NCBI GenBank assembly: GCA_963820525.1
Contig: CAWGAA010000003.1
Span: forward strand, 768,001 to 832,000
Origin: an uncultured Spirochaetota bacterium
Lineage (GTDB): Bacteria; Spirochaetota; Spirochaetia; SZUA-6; Fen-1364
Direction of reading: 5' to 3'
DNA: 64,000 nucleotides
Position 1 is the first letter of the stretch; each line of letters starts with the position of its first letter. The translations under genes were made by a program, and so were the position numbers. This document shows positions 61,014 through 64,000 of this stretch, piece after piece. The notes below the pieces were generated by a model. It searched no databases. It was not told where the DNA came from and was given only the letters and a program-made list of their open reading frames with translations.

Positions 61014-63026
61014 ATGAGTGCCAAACGTGCAGCTGTGACCGCAGGACTCCATCCAGAAGCGAACCTTTCACATTTCACTCCGTACGAGCAGGAACTAATC
61101 CAGAAGCAGTTCTGCACCGAGTTCTATGTAACAAACCAAGGCGGCGTAGTCGAGCTGAGCAGGACATCGGTCTACAGATTCTTCTTGATCAAGCCAACCA
61201 CAGTCTATCAGGAGCAGTTTAACCTCGATCGGGAGATTGTCGTTCTCTTTAGCGACTATCCGAATTTTGAGCCGCGTACGCTGGATGCTATTGAGGAAGC
61301 TTATAAAAGGTACCAGGAACTCCGCATAGAGAAGATATGCTCAGTTCTTATAAGTAGAGATGTGGAAATTGAGCAAAAAATAAAAAGCCTCCTGAAAAAC
61401 ACCAGTGAGAGCCAGATCATCGTTCCATTCCACTACAAGGAGTTGCAGACAGTCTCCGACCTATATTTCTTCAGGAATAGATTCAAAGCCCATTTCTACA
61501 GCAGAGACCTTTTCTCATATGAATCTGCACTCAAGAAGGACCTCTACTTTTTCGGCAGGAGTGATCTCGTTCACAAGGTAGTCAATAGACATCGCAGTGG
61601 AGAGAATTCCGCACTTTTCGGGCTGAGGAAAACCGGTAAGACCTCTATCATTTTCGGAATACGCAGGGTGCTAAACGCGACTGAGGAGAACTCTGTCTAC
61701 ATCGACTGCCAGGACTCCGGCTTCTATTTAAAGAGATGGAATCACGCCCTTCGCTATATAATCGACGAAATAAAATCTCAAAACCACGCGTCCGTAATCT
61801 TGTCCGATGAATCCGAATACACTGAGGATGGCTGTAGCGCGGCTTTTGCAAGAGACATATCAAAGTTGCGCAAGAAACTCGGCGGTAAGCCGATAATGAT
61901 CATTTTCGATGAGCTGGAGCGTATAACATTCGGGCTTTCTTCGGCCGAGCATTGGAAAACGGGGAAGGACTTCGTCCATTTCTGGAGAACTCTTAGGTCT
62001 CTGTTTCAGAAGCTGGAGAGCGTTTTTACCTATCTTATTGTTAGCACGAACCCTCGCTCGGTAGAGACGCCTATGGTCAACGGTGACGAGAATCCCATCT
62101 TTTCTCAAGTTCCATACGAATATATCCCGCCATTTGATGTACCTCAGACGAAGGAAATGGTCGAACGCTTGAGCCAGATCATGGGCCTTCACTTCGATGA
62201 GATTCTGTATTCGAAATTGACGGAGGATTTTGGAGGCCATCCATTTCTCATTCGCATGGTTTGCAGCGCGATCAATCGCCTTTGTGACTCAACGCGGCCA
62301 GTGAGAGTCGATAAAACCGTTTACGAGAAAGGCAAGCAACTCTTCAATAAAGAATATAGTAGCTACATAGAGATGGTGGTCACTGTTCTTCGAGAGAGCT
62401 ATTCCGACGAGTTCGAAATGCTCAAGTTCCTAGCGCTTGGCGACATACCGACCTTTATGGAGTTCGCCTCCGCATCTCGAGAGTACACAAATCACCTTCT
62501 CGGCTACAACATCGTTGATCAAAATAACCAATCCTACTCCTTCAAGATCGAATCGATCAGGGAGTATCTGATATCCGAGAACAAGTACAAGAAGCTAGGC
62601 TTAACAAAGAAAGAGATGCTTGCCGAGATATCCGAACGTCGCAATGAACTGGAACCCCGGCTGAGAAACTTGGTGCGCCAAATTCTGCTTGTGGCAATCG
62701 GCGAGTCTGCCGCCGCCACCCTGGTTCGCAATATCTACGGTGATCCGAGAAAAACTAGATATGCTGGCCTTTCCTACAAAGAATTGTTTAATCCAAATAG
62801 GGTAGATATCTATTGGGACGATCTTCAAAAGATTGTCTTAGCCGAATGGGACCACTTCCAGAATGTGTTCGAAAGAGACAGAGAGGCGTTCATCGTGAAT
62901 ATGAAGGCCGTCAACAAGTATCGGTCTGACGCACACGCAAAGGATATCTCTCCGGAAGAGATGGAACTCTTTCGAGTGTGCGCGACGAGATTGGAGACGC
63001 AGATACGAAACTTCTTCGGAGGATAG
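61014..63026 (+). CDS. P-loop ATPase (STAND/AAA-like) with a C-terminal Swt1-like HEPN domain (gene cassette)
   Basis: FFGR, GLRKTGKTS (Walker A), IIFDELE (Walker B), GGHPF; then ELEPRLRNLV..DDLQKIV..W..F..KYRSDAH; AGGAGA RBS. Confidence 0.75.
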   Translation: MSAKRAAVTAGLHPEANLSHFTPYEQELIQKQFCTEFYVTNQGGVVELSRTSVYRFFLIKPTTVYQEQFNLDREIVVLFSDYPNFEPRTLDAIEEAYKRYQELRIEKICSVLISRDVEIEQKIKSLLKNTSESQIIVPFHYKELQTVSDLYFFRNRFKAHFYSRDLFSYESALKKDLYFFGRSDLVHKVVNRHRSGENSALFGLRKTGKTSIIFGIRRVLNATEENSVYIDCQDSGFYLKRWNHALRYIIDEIKSQNHASVILSDESEYTEDGCSAAFARDISKLRKKLGGKPIMIIFDELERITFGLSSAEHWKTGKDFVHFWRTLRSLFQKLESVFTYLIVSTNPRSVETPMVNGDENPIFSQVPYEYIPPFDVPQTKEMVERLSQIMGLHFDEILYSKLTEDFGGHPFLIRMVCSAINRLCDSTRPVRVDKTVYEKGKQLFNKEYSSYIEMVVTVLRESYSDEFEMLKFLALGDIPTFMEFASASREYTNHLLGYNIVDQNNQSYSFKIESIREYLISENKYKKLGLTKKEMLAEISERRNELEPRLRNLVRQILLVAIGESAAATLVRNIYGDPRKTRYAGLSYKELFNPNRVDIYWDDLQKIVLAEWDHFQNVFERDREAFIVNMKAVNKYRSDAHAKDISPEEMELFRVCATRLETQIRNFFGG

Positions 63027-63033
63027 TGGGGAT

Positions 63034-63147
63034 GGATAGCATGCGGTTGAAGCTGACGGTTTGCTTTTGTCTGATCGGTTCGCCATATCATGTTATAGAC
63101 TGTACTCTTATTAGCTGACTCGACGCAACTTAACCGCGTTTTTATAG
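63034..63147 (+). other. Degenerate canonical-type attC site (114 bp)
   Basis: GGATAGC-ATGCG-GTTGAAGC-TGACG ... CGCA-ACTTAAC-CGCGTT-TTTATAG. Same layout as 60847-60965, but AAC is changed to AGC and GTT to TTT. Confidence 0.75.
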
Positions 63148-63196
63148 GCTGTAAATGGTAGAAAAAGGAAGTAGTTTACTACAAAGGCGCATCGGC

Positions 63197-63330
63197 GCAT
63201 AACGGCACATTGGCGTTCCGGTGCCCTACGGGCACCTTCGGGCTCCGCGGCGCTGCGGCGCGCCGCTCCGCCAAATGTCCCTCGGCCCTGTTGGCCTCTG
63301 GCCACTTCGCCAATGTGCTGCACGTTAAGT
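63197..63330 (+). other. Branched attC-like site 2 (134 bp)
   Basis: GCATAAC ... GTTAAGT ends; perfect stem GCACATTGGCG/CGCCAATGTGC; internal hairpin GGTGCCC-TAC-GGGCACC. Confidence 0.8.
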
Positions 63331-63457
63331 GTAATGCCCGACGGAGCGCCCGCGGTATCGGACGACTAAGGTCGTCTTGCTTTGCATCCTTGGCTTGGAT
63401 AGGAGAAATGAATTGACATTAACATGAGATTCAACTTCTATTTATTGGGGTCACTGA

Positions 63458-64000
63458 TTGCCTGACGAAAATAATCAAGTTGATCATGAAAAACTGAATG
63501 CTCTTTTCGCTGAACAATACCGGTGGGCAAGTCTATCTGTAACCATCGAAGAGATTGCGAAAGAAAACAAATTACTTATTCGTGATCTTTCCAGATACGA
63601 TCAAACCATCGCTATTCCTCTCCTGGCAAGTCTCTTAACACTTCCCGAACTGCAATCGCATTGTATTCGTCTTGAAATTCTCAGTTGCCTTGGCAGTGGT
63701 GTATTGCCGCGGCAGTAAGAAAGCAAATATAAAGCAATTAGTTCGTTGGTTCTCCCAGATCGGCAAATCGCAATGTGTGACGGGTGAAGATCCGGCTGAA
63801 GATGTCTTCGTCTACCTAGTGCAGGATGTGCACGGAGACTACCGGCTTATCGGAGGTATATGGGAGTCGGCTGGCTTCTATACTCAGCGCGTTCTCGATG
63901 TAATTTCTACGATGCCTAACACCGGACAATTCGAGCAAATCAAGAGGAGTGTCCGCGCACTACTTATAATCTCCGATATAGTATGTGGCAAAGCTGGGCT
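63458..64000 (+). CDS. N-terminus of a hypothetical protein (next cassette), frameshifted at ~63683 and truncated by the window end
   Basis: After ..CIRLEIL, skipping one base gives an open frame to the end of the window (VALAVVYCRG..EDPAEDVFV..GIWESAGFYTQRV..). Confidence 0.65.

Larger units (their letters stand above)
57826..64000. mobile_element. Integron-like platform and cassette array (runs off the window end)
   Basis: Recombinase divergent from a promoter, a GTTRRRY site, and co-oriented single ORFs separated by AAC...GTT fold-back sites; abrupt changes in base composition. Confidence 0.85.

Noticed and set aside
63401..63416. AGGAGA followed by ATG-AAT-TGA mini-ORF
   Set aside because: Only two codons, with poor RBS spacing; cannot be distinguished from chance.
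1..64000. CRISPR arrays, tRNA or rRNA genes, prophage structural genes
   Set aside because: I recognised no regularly spaced repeats, cloverleaf or rRNA-like segments, or phage hallmark proteins.

Overview
High-GC bacterial chromosome segment. Taxon is inferred as spirochaete-like from the PilZ proteins, FapA/DUF342, eukaryote-type hexokinase and gene style. About 57 kb is housekeeping: signalling, RecQ, a NuoE/NuoF/GltD-type flavin-FeS complex, rpmB, rhamnose isomerase, a small AT-rich restriction-modification pair, MacAB-TolC-type efflux, htpG, and a complete trp operon with an unannotated four-Trp leader peptide and two linked terminators. The last ~6.2 kb (57774-64000) is the notable part: an integron-like locus built on a short tyrosine recombinase that lacks the IntI-specific insertion. 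It has a divergent promoter, a GTTGAAC core site and a cassette array. The first cassette encodes an IS91-family (Y2 HUH) transposase. The array uses two distinct kinds of attC-like site: long branched ones, and canonical ones with extrahelical bases. Inverted-repeat bookkeeping indicates that two canonical cassettes (an AT-rich orphan and an ATPase-HEPN candidate defence gene) are nested inside an ORF-less, promoter-carrying outer cassette. Four genes have small frameshifts that are probably assembly errors. Functional calls come from motif recognition only; no database searches were run.
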